This document shows, piece after piece, positions 1 to 9,395 of a DNA stretch of 64,000 bases. The DNA is from an uncultured Bdellovibrio sp. (GTDB lineage: Bacteria > Bdellovibrionota > Bdellovibrionia > Bdellovibrionales > Bdellovibrionaceae), in NCBI GenBank assembly GCA_963932905.1, contig CAWVRN010000002.1, positions 96,001 through 160,000 of the forward strand. The letters run 5' to 3'. The notes beneath the pieces are model-generated. The model had not been told where the DNA came from and did no database searches. It saw nothing but the letters and a program-made list of their open reading frames with translations. Every line of letters begins with the position of its first letter. The stretch's first letter is position 1. The position numbers and the translations under genes are program-made.

Positions 1-1120
1 GAGGACGTAAACTTTCATGCAGCTTTGAACAGTCATTTCCAAAATGAGTTCTTATCAGATACTCGCATTGGTTTGTGTTAGGATTTTTTTTTCTAGCGAC
101 AATTAAAGACTTATGGTCTGTCTGCATGGACGAAGAACTGTTCTTGCATAACCATTTTTGATCACCAGTGGACGGTTTACCATCAAACAAAAATCCATAG
201 CAAAAGTCGATTCCTATCGGAAGACCTTCGTTTCGGTTCAGTATCTTGTCTATCTGATTCAAGAGTTCTTTTTTAGATACAATCTGACTAGAATTTAGTT
301 TTGGACAATCCGTGTGGGTATTTTCGACAGTTTCGTTGAACTGCGGAGTTCTGAATTCATTGCACTGAAAGTCATCTAAAGATTTATTTTCTAGATGTGC
401 ATTCAAATCGGCACTTCCTGTAAAAGAATTTTTGTCCGACGCATAACTGTGGCAGCGAGGTGCCACCAGGTTATTATAGGCAGTAGCTAGAGATAGACTT
501 TCTGGATGTTTTTCTAAAAAGTGACTGAGGTTTCTGGTTTTATCCACACCCATAAATTTTCTATTTGGTTCAGTAAGCTTCCAAGACATGTACCCAGTTT
601 TGTTTTTTATTTTAGACGTCGCAAGGTCCCTGCTGAGATCAAAAATGAAGGCTTCGAACTCGGTGATTCCCAATCGGTGAATTGATGAACATTGATCACG
701 GCTGACATTCTGGCTAGAATCCACATCGGGAAAATACATCTGATCACTGGAATCTATATAAGTATCTTTAACGGCACAGACTTTTTTCAATTGTCCGATA
801 TGCTTGATAAGACCGCAGGGAGTTAGGCACGTCAGACCGTTGGCTATAGCGGAGTTCATAGTGACAGTTGGGCTCGCGAGATTTTTTGCGCCCCATTTCG
901 CTAACTTCGCATTCAGGAGCTGAGTGCCAGTGAATGCCCAACAATAGTCGGTATTTTGCTGATTGAAGTTGTGTATTTTTTCTAAAGAACCACCAGGTAA
1001 ACGTAAATCAACCGAACTACAATGCTCATCAGAGCCCCAGGCAACTAAATGAGGAAGAAGTAAAACGTAGATGATGGTAGTTAGAACTAATAGTCTACAA
1101 TTGAACGGAATCAACGACAT
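1..1120 (-). CDS. Secreted papain-like (C1-type) cysteine peptidase; runs off the left edge of the window
   Basis: Absent from the ORF track; I translated both ends by hand from ATG 1120. Signal-like N-terminus, then VDLR...NQQNTDYCWAF (Gln/Cys motif); near position 1-130, DHKSLIVARK...CEYLIRTHFG (His motif). Confidence 0.7.
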   Translation of the reverse strand, partial: MSLIPFNCRLLVLTTIIYVLLLPHLVAWGSDEHCSSVDLRLPGGSLEKIHNFNQQNTDYCWAFTGTQLLNAKLAKWGAKNLASPTVTMNSAIANGLTCLTPCGLIKHIGQLKKVCAVKDTYIDSSDQMYFPDVDSSQNVSRDQCSSIHRLGITEFEAFIFDLSRDLATSKIKNKTGYMSWKLTEPNRKFMGVDKTRNLSHFLEKHPESLSLATAYNNLVAPRCHSYASDKNSFTGSADLNAHLENKSLDDFQCNEFRTPQFNETVENTHTDCPKLNSSQIVSKKELLNQIDKILNRNEGLPIGIDFCYGFLFDGKPSTGDQKWLCKNSSSSMQTDHKSLIVARKKNPNTNQCEYLIRTHFGNDCSKLHESLRP

Positions 1121-1266
1121 TTTTAGTAGTTTAATTCAAACCAACTCAATTCACAAATATTGAGAAAACGACAAGGCTTTAGGCCGAGCCCGGCTGCGCT
1201 TTTTGTTAGACGTGTCAACTTATACGACAGATGAGATTTTGATTGAAGAATAAGGTTCAGAAAAAA

Positions 1267-1282
1267 AGGCCCAAGTAATGCA
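1267..1282 (+). promoter_or_regulatory. Putative sigma54 -24/-12 promoter
   Basis: AGGCCCAAGTAATGCA fits GG-N10-GC, about 60 bp upstream of ATG 1342. Confidence 0.4.
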
Positions 1283-1341
1283 GAGTTCACCGAGGGAAAT
1301 ATTTTTAGAAAGCTAAAATATACTTAAAAAAGGAGATTTCT

Positions 1342-2055
1342 ATGAAGGCCATATTTTCGATCATTTTGTTATCTAGTGTGCTTACTCAAGCAAGTCCCGA
1401 TCAAAAAACAAATTTGAAAGATATTAAGTTGATGTGGACACAGTCTTTTGTTTTGGAAGGATGTAGTATTGAACTTCCTCAAAACTGTGTTTCGACTAAA
1501 GGGGTTAGTGTAAATCCAGTTGTGGCCGACTATGTACAGAAGCACAGTGAAGAACTTTCGCCCGTTTTAGCCGAATTGAAGCGATTGGACCTTGCCCAAA
1601 AAAACTCTATCACGGATCTTAACCGCACTGGTGATAGTCAAAAGTATCTAGATGACAGCCGTAAGATCCAAGAAGCCCACAGATCAAAAATTAAACCTTA
1701 TTTAAACGTAATTCCGCAGTTTTATTACAGTCAAATTGCGTTTGAAAGCTACTTTTATGAATATCCCGATTTCGTAATGAGCAAAAATTCGCTTTTTGAT
1801 TGCAGTGACACTCGCAAATTTTGCATCGTTGAAGATGAGAACAAGCAGCTTCATTTGCGAACCTTTGTCCAATTCAAAGGTAACGCTAATAATGGTTATA
1901 AACCCCAGTTGATGGTCGCGGAAGATATAGCTATGTCGTGTACTATTCTTGATAATAGCGTTTATGTGGCAGGACTTAAAATCTATGATCGTCAAAAAAT
2001 TCAATGTGGGTTAGCTGCAAACCGAGGCCAGCTAAACTTTATTGTTGCTAAGTAG
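1342..2055 (+). CDS. Secreted hypothetical protein
   Basis: 237 aa ORF, AAGGAG RBS, N-terminal signal peptide, several Cys. Confidence 0.75.
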   Translation: MKAIFSIILLSSVLTQASPDQKTNLKDIKLMWTQSFVLEGCSIELPQNCVSTKGVSVNPVVADYVQKHSEELSPVLAELKRLDLAQKNSITDLNRTGDSQKYLDDSRKIQEAHRSKIKPYLNVIPQFYYSQIAFESYFYEYPDFVMSKNSLFDCSDTRKFCIVEDENKQLHLRTFVQFKGNANNGYKPQLMVAEDIAMSCTILDNSVYVAGLKIYDRQKIQCGLAANRGQLNFIVAK

Positions 2056-2306
2056 TGTTTTTCGTCGGTCTTCGAATTGAAATTTAGCAAGTATTTGAGC
2101 TGAGGGATAGTCGGAGTGCCGATTTCAGCGGGTCAAGGTAGATTTGACCGTAGCCCGCACAGAGCAGCAGGTGATAAGTATTATGCCTACACAGCAACTT
2201 ATCTGACACGGTTGGAAGTAGAAAGCCTGTCTAAGGCTTCAAATGTGAAAATATAAGTCCTAACTTTGTGCTGTTGCCTCATTAGAATTTGCAATGTGAC
2301 AAGGCA

Positions 2307-3116
2307 TTAGTCTTTTTCGATAGATGTTCTCATTAGTGATTTAACATGATTTTTTCGTTGGCTACCCCCGACAAGAGACTTGAGCTGATCATGCAAGCTG
2401 GAGTCATTAACAAGTGCGCCCAACGTGCCTTCACCACGATCAATTTTTCCTAGGATACTATTTAGCTTATCGATGGAAGCCTTCATTTGGACTGATGGTG
2501 ATTTGCCGTCCGAGAAATCAGAAACGATTTTCAATGATTTTTCACTGATGATTTTGAAATCACGGCTGGCCTGGCTCATGTTCGCCACCATTGTACCAAT
2601 ATGGTTCTCATGGTTTAGCGTCTTAGTCAGTTTGTAGACTTCATTAATAATATCAAAAATCTTTTCTGTTTCTTTTCCGCGTTCAGAGATCACGTTCAGA
2701 ATATCCGTTGATTTTGCGATCGGTAGAGTAGCACCATCTTGAACGGCTTCCGAGCGTGGGTCACCGGGAATGATATAGATAAATTTATCACCCAGGGCGC
2801 CTTGTGTACGGATTTCTACTTCCGATCCCTTGAATACACGTTGTAGGTATTCATTTTCGATTTTCATATTTACGCGTAGTAAGTTTTTCTCTTTGACGAA
2901 ATCAATCGATTCAATATTACCAATTACAACTCCTGACAACGACACAACGCTACCGCGAGCTAAACCTTGTACGTTTTCAAAATCAGCATAGAGATGAGTA
3001 AAATTTGAAAACAGAGCTTTGTTTGCACCCAACATAAAGATACTGGCCATTGTTATAACTATACCCAACACCAGGAAAATGCCGACTTTGATTTGGTTTT
3101 TTAAAGTGGTTTCCAT
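2307..3116 (-). CDS. mlaD: MCE/MlaD family lipid-transport substrate-binding protein
   Basis: N-terminal TM; GLARGSVVSLSGVVIGNI and IRTQGALGDKFIYIIPG MCE motifs; helical C-terminus. Confidence 0.9.
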   Translation of the reverse strand: METTLKNQIKVGIFLVLGIVITMASIFMLGANKALFSNFTHLYADFENVQGLARGSVVSLSGVVIGNIESIDFVKEKNLLRVNMKIENEYLQRVFKGSEVEIRTQGALGDKFIYIIPGDPRSEAVQDGATLPIAKSTDILNVISERGKETEKIFDIINEVYKLTKTLNHENHIGTMVANMSQASRDFKIISEKSLKIVSDFSDGKSPSVQMKASIDKLNSILGKIDRGEGTLGALVNDSSLHDQLKSLVGGSQRKNHVKSLMRTSIEKD

Positions 3117-3118
3117 TT

Positions 3119-3841
3119 TTAGCCTTCTCCATCAATAAATTTTTTAACAATTCCGCTTTTATCGTGTTGAATTTCATTCAGAGAACCTTCAAACGCGATT
3201 TTGCCATCTAATATGAATGACATTTTATCACACACCGCAAATGCCGTCGGCATATCGTGTGTAACCAGGATAGACGTGATGCCAGTGGCCTTCAGTTTTA
3301 GAATATGCTCTTGAATTTTGCGTGTATTATAAGGATCTAATCCTGCCGTCGGCTCGTCATAAAGAATCCATTTTGGTTGCATCATCAGCGCGCGTGCTAG
3401 GCCTACGCGTTTTTGCATACCTCCGGATAAGTTGGCTGGGTATAAAGTTTCTGCTTTAGGCAAGCCGAATTCACCCAGTTGATCTGAAATCATTTTTTTT
3501 ATCTCGGCTTCTGTTTTATTTGTATGTTCACGTAGCGGGTAGGCCAGGTTTTCATACACCGTCATCGAATCAAAAAGAGCGCCGCCCTGAAATACATAGG
3601 CTACCTTCTTGCGAATTTCGACAAGGTCATTTTCTTTGTAACGAGTGATTTCTTCACCATCGATCAAGATTTCACCGCTGTCAGGTTTTTCTAAACCGAT
3701 TAGACTGCGCAAGATAACACTCTTACCAACTCCCGAGCCGCCAATTAGGCCCATGCATTCGCCTTTCTTCACAGAAAAGGTAATGCCTTTGTGGACTTCT
3801 TTTGAACCAAACGATTTTCGAAAATTTTTAACTTCGATCAT
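3119..3841 (-). CDS. mlaF: MlaF-type ABC transporter ATPase
   Basis: Walker A GGSGVGKS, signature LSGGMQKR, Walker B LYDEPTAGLDP, H-loop VTHD. Confidence 0.92.
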   Translation of the reverse strand: MIEVKNFRKSFGSKEVHKGITFSVKKGECMGLIGGSGVGKSVILRSLIGLEKPDSGEILIDGEEITRYKENDLVEIRKKVAYVFQGGALFDSMTVYENLAYPLREHTNKTEAEIKKMISDQLGEFGLPKAETLYPANLSGGMQKRVGLARALMMQPKWILYDEPTAGLDPYNTRKIQEHILKLKATGITSILVTHDMPTAFAVCDKMSFILDGKIAFEGSLNEIQHDKSGIVKKFIDGEG

Positions 3842-4635
3842 GTTAGTCTTTCCACGATCCAGAACAATTTAGATAAAAAGAAGTTTCCAACAAGTACCAG
3901 TATAGACGATACAACAACGGCTTTCGTTGTCGCCATGCCAACTTCTTTTGTTCCATTTTTAACGGTTAAACCGAAGTAGCAAGAAGGGATAGCGATACAA
4001 AGTGCAAACACGAAGCTTTTTAAGAAACCAGAGAAATAATCCATCAGCGTAACTGTTTGGATAATTTTTAAAACATAGAAATTAGGATCTAATTTTAATT
4101 CAGAATAACCAACTAGTAAGGCACCAAAATTACTGACTACATTCGCAATAGCCACAAGCAGCGGTAGTGATATGAATGTGGCAATGACCCGTGGGATAAC
4201 TATCGTTTTTAATGGCGACGTTCCCAGTGCGCGAATGGCATCGATTTGCTGAGTAACGACCATACTGCCAATTTCCGAAGCGAAGCCGGCGCCCACGCGG
4301 GCAGCCACCATCAAGGATGTAAACACAGGACCCATTTCGCGTAGAACGATAAGTGATACAAGCTTAGGCACATACATCTTGCCACCAAATTTTTCTAGTC
4401 CTAGACCAAACTGAAGTGACATAACCATGCCAGTACTGATTGCGGTCACAACGATCAATGGCAACGAGCGGTTGCCAACTTGAAAAACCTGTTCCATTAC
4501 CAGTTTCCAGTAGATCTTCCCTTTAATCGTATCACGTATAAGTTGCAGAGTAAGAACGCCGATTCCGCCAAAAAATTTCAGAATTTCAATGATGAACAGA
4601 TATAATGGGGTAGATGCGATTAATGCGTGGATCAT
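3838..4635 (-). CDS. mlaE: MlaE family ABC permease
   Basis: REMGPVFTSLMVAARVGAGFASEIGSM and QIDAIRALG motifs. Confidence 0.92.
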   Translation of the reverse strand: MIHALIASTPLYLFIIEILKFFGGIGVLTLQLIRDTIKGKIYWKLVMEQVFQVGNRSLPLIVVTAISTGMVMSLQFGLGLEKFGGKMYVPKLVSLIVLREMGPVFTSLMVAARVGAGFASEIGSMVVTQQIDAIRALGTSPLKTIVIPRVIATFISLPLLVAIANVVSNFGALLVGYSELKLDPNFYVLKIIQTVTLMDYFSGFLKSFVFALCIAIPSCYFGLTVKNGTKEVGMATTKAVVVSSILVLVGNFFLSKLFWIVERLT

Positions 4636-5126
4636 GGTGCCCTAAAGTTTTCAGTGAACCGTTTGAATTCTGCGCTTTCGCTATCAAAACGTTCAGCCAT
4701 TCCACCGTAGATTAGATTGTAACTGCATGCATTTTTTTTGAATGAAACCACGTTCAATTTTACTTTGACTCCGTCGATCAGACCTTCGCCGATAGTTATT
4801 CTAGCCGTACGCTGATTGTAGGGAACTTCCTCGCGACTTTTTATTTCTAGTTTTTCCAAACCAGACAATGCATCCTGTTCCAACTGATCGAGTGAAGGAT
4901 CTTGGTTGGGAGAGCAATCAGAAATGTATGAAATTACGTTGTTTGTTTTGCTAGAAATCCACGCCTTGTCACCTGTCTTAGATTTCAAATCTGAAAACGG
5001 GCTAGAGGGTGCTTTAAATTCAAGATTCTTAGCTGGTTGAGGATCTTTGGAAACCCCAATAGTGATGCATGAATTAAGCAAAAAGATAAAAGGAAATAAT
5101 AGAAAAATGCGGTGGGTGGTTTTCAT
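4632..5126 (-). CDS. Lipoprotein, first gene of the mla operon
   Basis: Lipobox LNSC; ATGA overlap with mlaE. Confidence 0.75.
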   Translation of the reverse strand: MKTTHRIFLLFPFIFLLNSCITIGVSKDPQPAKNLEFKAPSSPFSDLKSKTGDKAWISSKTNNVISYISDCSPNQDPSLDQLEQDALSGLEKLEIKSREEVPYNQRTARITIGEGLIDGVKVKLNVVSFKKNACSYNLIYGGMAERFDSESAEFKRFTENFRAP

Positions 5127-5135
5127 ACAGGGTTC

Positions 5136-5162
5136 TTTTCGGTAGCTCTAGTTAAATTTTAA
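5136..5162 (-). promoter_or_regulatory. Putative sigma28 (FliA) promoter for lipoprotein-mlaEFD
   Basis: Minus strand reads TTAAAA-N13-ACCGAAAA, ending 9 nt before the ATG. Confidence 0.35.
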
Positions 5163-5270
5163 ATGTCAAAAAGTAAAACTCGACCGTCAGTAATCTGTCA
5201 GTCCAGGATTACCAATTTCGATTAATTCTTTATGGGATATTTTTTCCTATACCTTTGATGTGAAGTCCAG

Positions 5271-5286
5271 TGGCATTCAATGTGCA
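5271..5286 (+). promoter_or_regulatory. Putative sigma54 promoter of the flagellar operon
   Basis: TGGCATTCAATGTGCA fits TGGCA...GG-N10-GC, 40 bp upstream of ATG 5326. Confidence 0.55.
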
Positions 5287-5325
5287 TTTTAAGATTTTAA
5301 CTAGAAAACTAAGCGGGCAGTGTAA

Positions 5326-8121
5326 ATGAGAAAAAATAAAAAAATGTTTTATATTATTGTTACTTTTTTATTTTCAAGTATTGCATTTTCAGATCAAAAT
5401 TTAACTCCCGTAAACTCGCGTATTTCCTACCAAGACGAAACGATCCATTTGGAATTCTCAGGACGTAAGGACTGGGATTATAACGTAGAAAAGAAAGAAA
5501 AAAAGGGTGGCAGCGCCGTTGAAATCACTTTGGATTCATTGGACCAAAAGAGTTTGGCCGATATCAAAAACTTCAAAGCAGACTGGGTTAAAAAAGTAAT
5601 CATCGATGCGAATGGACCAGATGGTAAAACTAAGATCACTTTAGATTTAGCGACTGATTTAGATGTATTTGATTATCTGATGGAATCACCGTCACGTTTA
5701 GTAGTGGATTTGTTTCCAAATTCTAAAAAAGCAAAATCGACTAAAGACAATAAAGATGCGGAAAAACCAGTTGCTGGTGAGAAAGCCAAAGATAAACAGC
5801 CAGCTAAACAAGCAGCGGCTAAAGAAACTAAAGCAGGAACTCGAAATCCGGCAACAGCTGATTTTTTAGAAATTGAAAAGTCGGGGTTGATGTCAATTTC
5901 AGATAAGAAATCGTTTGAAAACAAATTGGCTGGAATTTTTGATGGAGCGGATCCGTTCTATGATCGCTTTTCATTAAAAGATTATGAAATCAAAGATGCG
6001 TCGATTATTAAAAGTAAAGAAAACTACTATATCCCGTTTCCTAATCATATTTTGCCAGTGGCCGACTGGGCACGTATCAAAAATGCAGAAACATTATTTG
6101 AAATCATGCCGAACGATGAAAAGGACAACAAACACGCACGTCTATTGCAAACACTTTTCAAAAATGAACGCGATCAAGTTTTCCTAAAAACGTATGATTG
6201 GTTCATGGAAAAATATCCTGCGTCTGAATATAAAGATATCGTTCAGAACATGAGCATCCAAGTTCATTTACGTTTGTGGCAGAACGAAAAAAATACGAAT
6301 CATTATGATCTAGCCATGCAAAAAATGAAAGATGTTGTTCAGAAAACTCCGGAACATGCGATGGCTGAAAAGTATTCTTTAATGCTTGGAGTTTTAGCCT
6401 ATGAAAAGAAAGACTATTTTAATTCTCTTCGTTCATTTCAGAACCACACTAAAAACGCTTTGTGGAATAAAAAGGGTTCGTTTTCTAATGATTTAGCTCA
6501 GCTAGGTATGGCTTTAAGTTTTCAGAATATGAATCAGTTTGAAGAGGCCGTTAAAGTTTACGATGAACTTCAAAAGAATTCTATTTTTGAAGAAATGAAG
6601 GCTGAAGCTGCGTATCGTAAGGGCGATGTAAAGCTAGCCGAACGCAATTATGATAAAGCCGTTCAAATGTACACTGAGGCAATAACTAAGGTTCCGGGAT
6701 TCCAAAACAATTTTCCAAATGCATATTACAACAAAGCCCAGTCATTGTTTCTGCAAGATAAATACAGGGACAGTTTAGATGCCTATCGCGAATTTATTAA
6801 AAAGTTTCCGCAGGATAAATTAACTCCATTCGCAATGACTCGCGTTGGTGAGTTACTTGACATAATGGGCGCTGACAAAAATAAAGTGTTAGGCGCTTAT
6901 CTAGAAACCTATTTCCGTAATGGCGACAATCCATCGGCGATTGTAGCTAGACTTAGAATTTTGTCCTCTAAAATGAAAGGCATGAAGCCGAAAGAAGTGG
7001 CTTCTACCGTAAATGAAATTCTTGAGTTAGCTAAAAAATCAGATTTGCCGGGTATTGATTCATTTTCGAAAGTTTTAATTTCTGAAGGCTATGGCGATCG
7101 TCAAGATTATGATGAAGCTTTAAAACTGTTAATTGATCACTATCGCAAAAATCCTACAACGGTCGATAGAGAACTATTTACGAAACGTATTTTTTCAAAC
7201 ATCTATTCGAAAATCGCAAAACAGGTTAAGGAAAATAATTACTTAGATGCGCTTAAAATATACACAGAGCATTACGATACGTGGTTAAAAAATTCGAATC
7301 GTTTGGATATCAAGTACCAGATAGGTAAAGCTTATGAGCAAGGCGGCGTATATAAGCCGGCGATTAACTACTACACTGAAGTGTTAAACAAATTCCTAGC
7401 TGTTAAAGGCACGGAAACGGGCAAGGCTCTGTTAATCAAAGAAGACATGCCTTCGGAATCTGAATTGTATTTACGTTTGGCAAATGCAGAAAGCCAAAAC
7501 AAGAACTATTCTAAAGCTTTGGATTACTTAAAGTTGATCAAGGCGACAGATACATTAACAGAAAAAGAGCAAATTGAAAGAATCGTCCTTGCGTCTGATT
7601 TAAATGATAGAAAGGGTGATGTCGATCGTGCGATTCTATACTTAACTGAACTTTTGAAATATTGGAAAGGTCAACCGGAACATGTCGCTGAACCATACTT
7701 TATTCTAAGTCAGTACGAGCAAAAGAAAGGCATGAAGAAAGAAGCGATCGAATCACTTAAGCGTGTAGACACACTGATGACTGACACTGGTCTTGTCGAT
7801 AAAAATCTTCATAAGAAAAGTTTAGAACAAATTGCAAAAATTTATGATTCTGAAAACGACTTCGCCCAAGCGATTATTTGGTACGATAAATTGTTAACTC
7901 AATATGAACCAACGACACCGTTAGCTTCAGTTAGATTCCGTTTAGGAAAACTATATTTCGACCGTGGTCAGTTGCAAAAAGCACAAGATGTCTGGGGCCA
8001 GTTTAAAGGCCAAGAATCCGAGTCATGGAAGAAAATGGCTCAGGAGCAAGTTAGTTCAAACGAATGGAAATCAGACTACAAAAAATATTTAGATCGCATA
8101 CCTGCTATGGAAAAGAATTAA
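5326..8121 (+). CDS. Large periplasmic TPR protein heading the flagellar cluster (possible AMIN-like N-terminal domain)
   Basis: Signal peptide, PSRLVVDL motif, many TPR-like helical repeats. Confidence 0.8.
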   Translation: MRKNKKMFYIIVTFLFSSIAFSDQNLTPVNSRISYQDETIHLEFSGRKDWDYNVEKKEKKGGSAVEITLDSLDQKSLADIKNFKADWVKKVIIDANGPDGKTKITLDLATDLDVFDYLMESPSRLVVDLFPNSKKAKSTKDNKDAEKPVAGEKAKDKQPAKQAAAKETKAGTRNPATADFLEIEKSGLMSISDKKSFENKLAGIFDGADPFYDRFSLKDYEIKDASIIKSKENYYIPFPNHILPVADWARIKNAETLFEIMPNDEKDNKHARLLQTLFKNERDQVFLKTYDWFMEKYPASEYKDIVQNMSIQVHLRLWQNEKNTNHYDLAMQKMKDVVQKTPEHAMAEKYSLMLGVLAYEKKDYFNSLRSFQNHTKNALWNKKGSFSNDLAQLGMALSFQNMNQFEEAVKVYDELQKNSIFEEMKAEAAYRKGDVKLAERNYDKAVQMYTEAITKVPGFQNNFPNAYYNKAQSLFLQDKYRDSLDAYREFIKKFPQDKLTPFAMTRVGELLDIMGADKNKVLGAYLETYFRNGDNPSAIVARLRILSSKMKGMKPKEVASTVNEILELAKKSDLPGIDSFSKVLISEGYGDRQDYDEALKLLIDHYRKNPTTVDRELFTKRIFSNIYSKIAKQVKENNYLDALKIYTEHYDTWLKNSNRLDIKYQIGKAYEQGGVYKPAINYYTEVLNKFLAVKGTETGKALLIKEDMPSESELYLRLANAESQNKNYSKALDYLKLIKATDTLTEKEQIERIVLASDLNDRKGDVDRAILYLTELLKYWKGQPEHVAEPYFILSQYEQKKGMKKEAIESLKRVDTLMTDTGLVDKNLHKKSLEQIAKIYDSENDFAQAIIWYDKLLTQYEPTTPLASVRFRLGKLYFDRGQLQKAQDVWGQFKGQESESWKKMAQEQVSSNEWKSDYKKYLDRIPAMEKN

Positions 8122-8125
8122 GGAG

Positions 8126-8992
8126 ATGATAATGAATACAGTTGATCTTTTTGGCATGAAATACAAATCAGAAACCTACTTAAGCTTGCAAAAGCTAGTT
8201 CAGTCTATTTTGCCGATTGAATCTAATATCAATATTCATGGATCGCAAGGAACCGGAAAATCAACATGGGCCCAAGTTATTTTGGAAAAGTCGGGTTTGG
8301 CAGAGGCTTACTGTAAAATTGATGTAAAAGAAATCGAGGAAGAAAAGTTTAAAGCGGAATTGGAGTCGTCTAAACATAGACACATTCTTTTAGAAAACGT
8401 AGACTATCTTCATAAAGAAAATCAAGCAGTGTTGGCTCAGTATATCCAAACTCGTTCGCTGCAAGTAAAACCAGTAGTAATTACAACGTCTAAACGCAGT
8501 TTGAGTGATTTGGCTCGTGAGGGCCTACTAAGACAGGATCTGTATTATAAGTTGTCAGTATTTACTATCGGATTACCTGATTTAAAGCAGGTAAAAGAAG
8601 ACATTAGAACTTTTGCTGAATACTATTTGAGAGTTTTTTCTATTAACTATAAGCGCCCCCAGTTGAGTCTATCTAACGAAGCTCTAGTGCGACTAGAGTC
8701 CTTTTTCTGGGTAGGTAATATATTAGAGCTGGAAAACGTTGTAGAGCGAGCCGTGTTGTTGTGTGAAGGCGAAGTTATCAGTGACAAGCATATCCGTTTT
8801 GATGAGTTCCAAAAGTACAACTCATTAGATTTAAGTTTGGGTATGTCGTTATCCGAAGTTGAGCGTCGTTTGATTCTGCAAACTTTAGAGCACACACAGA
8901 ACAACCGCACGAAAGCCGCTCATATTCTTGGTATTAGCATCCGAACTCTTAGAAATAAGATTAACGAATATAGAGAGGCAGGCTTAATATGA
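8126..8992 (+). CDS. Degenerate sigma54-activator-like AAA+/Fis-HTH regulator
   Basis: Walker A GSQGTGKS, RQDLYYKL, WVGNILELENVVER, C-terminal HTH NRTKAAHILGISIRTLRNK; no GAFTGA loop and no receiver domain. Confidence 0.8.
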   Translation: MIMNTVDLFGMKYKSETYLSLQKLVQSILPIESNINIHGSQGTGKSTWAQVILEKSGLAEAYCKIDVKEIEEEKFKAELESSKHRHILLENVDYLHKENQAVLAQYIQTRSLQVKPVVITTSKRSLSDLAREGLLRQDLYYKLSVFTIGLPDLKQVKEDIRTFAEYYLRVFSINYKRPQLSLSNEALVRLESFFWVGNILELENVVERAVLLCEGEVISDKHIRFDEFQKYNSLDLSLGMSLSEVERRLILQTLEHTQNNRTKAAHILGISIRTLRNKINEYREAGLI

Positions 8993-9393
8993 GTCTATTT
9001 GATAAAACAACCTCCGCGTTGCAGACGTCATTAAACATGCGTCAGTTGCGCCACAATATCACGTCATCGAATATCGCCAATGCGGAAACTCCGGGGTACA
9101 AAGCACAGAAACTAGATTTCGAAGAAGCACTAGCACGATCAATCGACTTGGATGGTCTCCGCGGCATGAGCACAACGGATGAAAATCATTATGCCGTTGG
9201 TGGAAAAACGGCCTCTGTCAGACCTGATATCTATGCAAACCCTGAGGGTGCGGTGAATAACGATGGTAACTCGGTGGATTTAGAGAAAGAAATGTCGGCG
9301 TTGTCAGAGAATGCGATTTTGTACAAAACGGCTCTACAACTAATTAACAAAAAAATGGCCGCGCTGAAATATGCAGCTTCGGAAGGTAGATAG
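8989..9393 (+). CDS. flgB: Flagellar basal-body rod protein FlgB
   Basis: SNIANAETPGYK and DGNSVDLEKEM motifs. Confidence 0.95.
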   Translation: MSLFDKTTSALQTSLNMRQLRHNITSSNIANAETPGYKAQKLDFEEALARSIDLDGLRGMSTTDENHYAVGGKTASVRPDIYANPEGAVNNDGNSVDLEKEMSALSENAILYKTALQLINKKMAALKYAASEGR

Positions 9394-9395
9394 AC

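Noticed and set aside
2056..2306. Possible ncRNA in the 250-bp gap between convergent genes (GGTCAA/TTGACC hairpin)
   Set aside because: Only a short stem, with no recognisable SRP, 6S, tmRNA or riboswitch consensus
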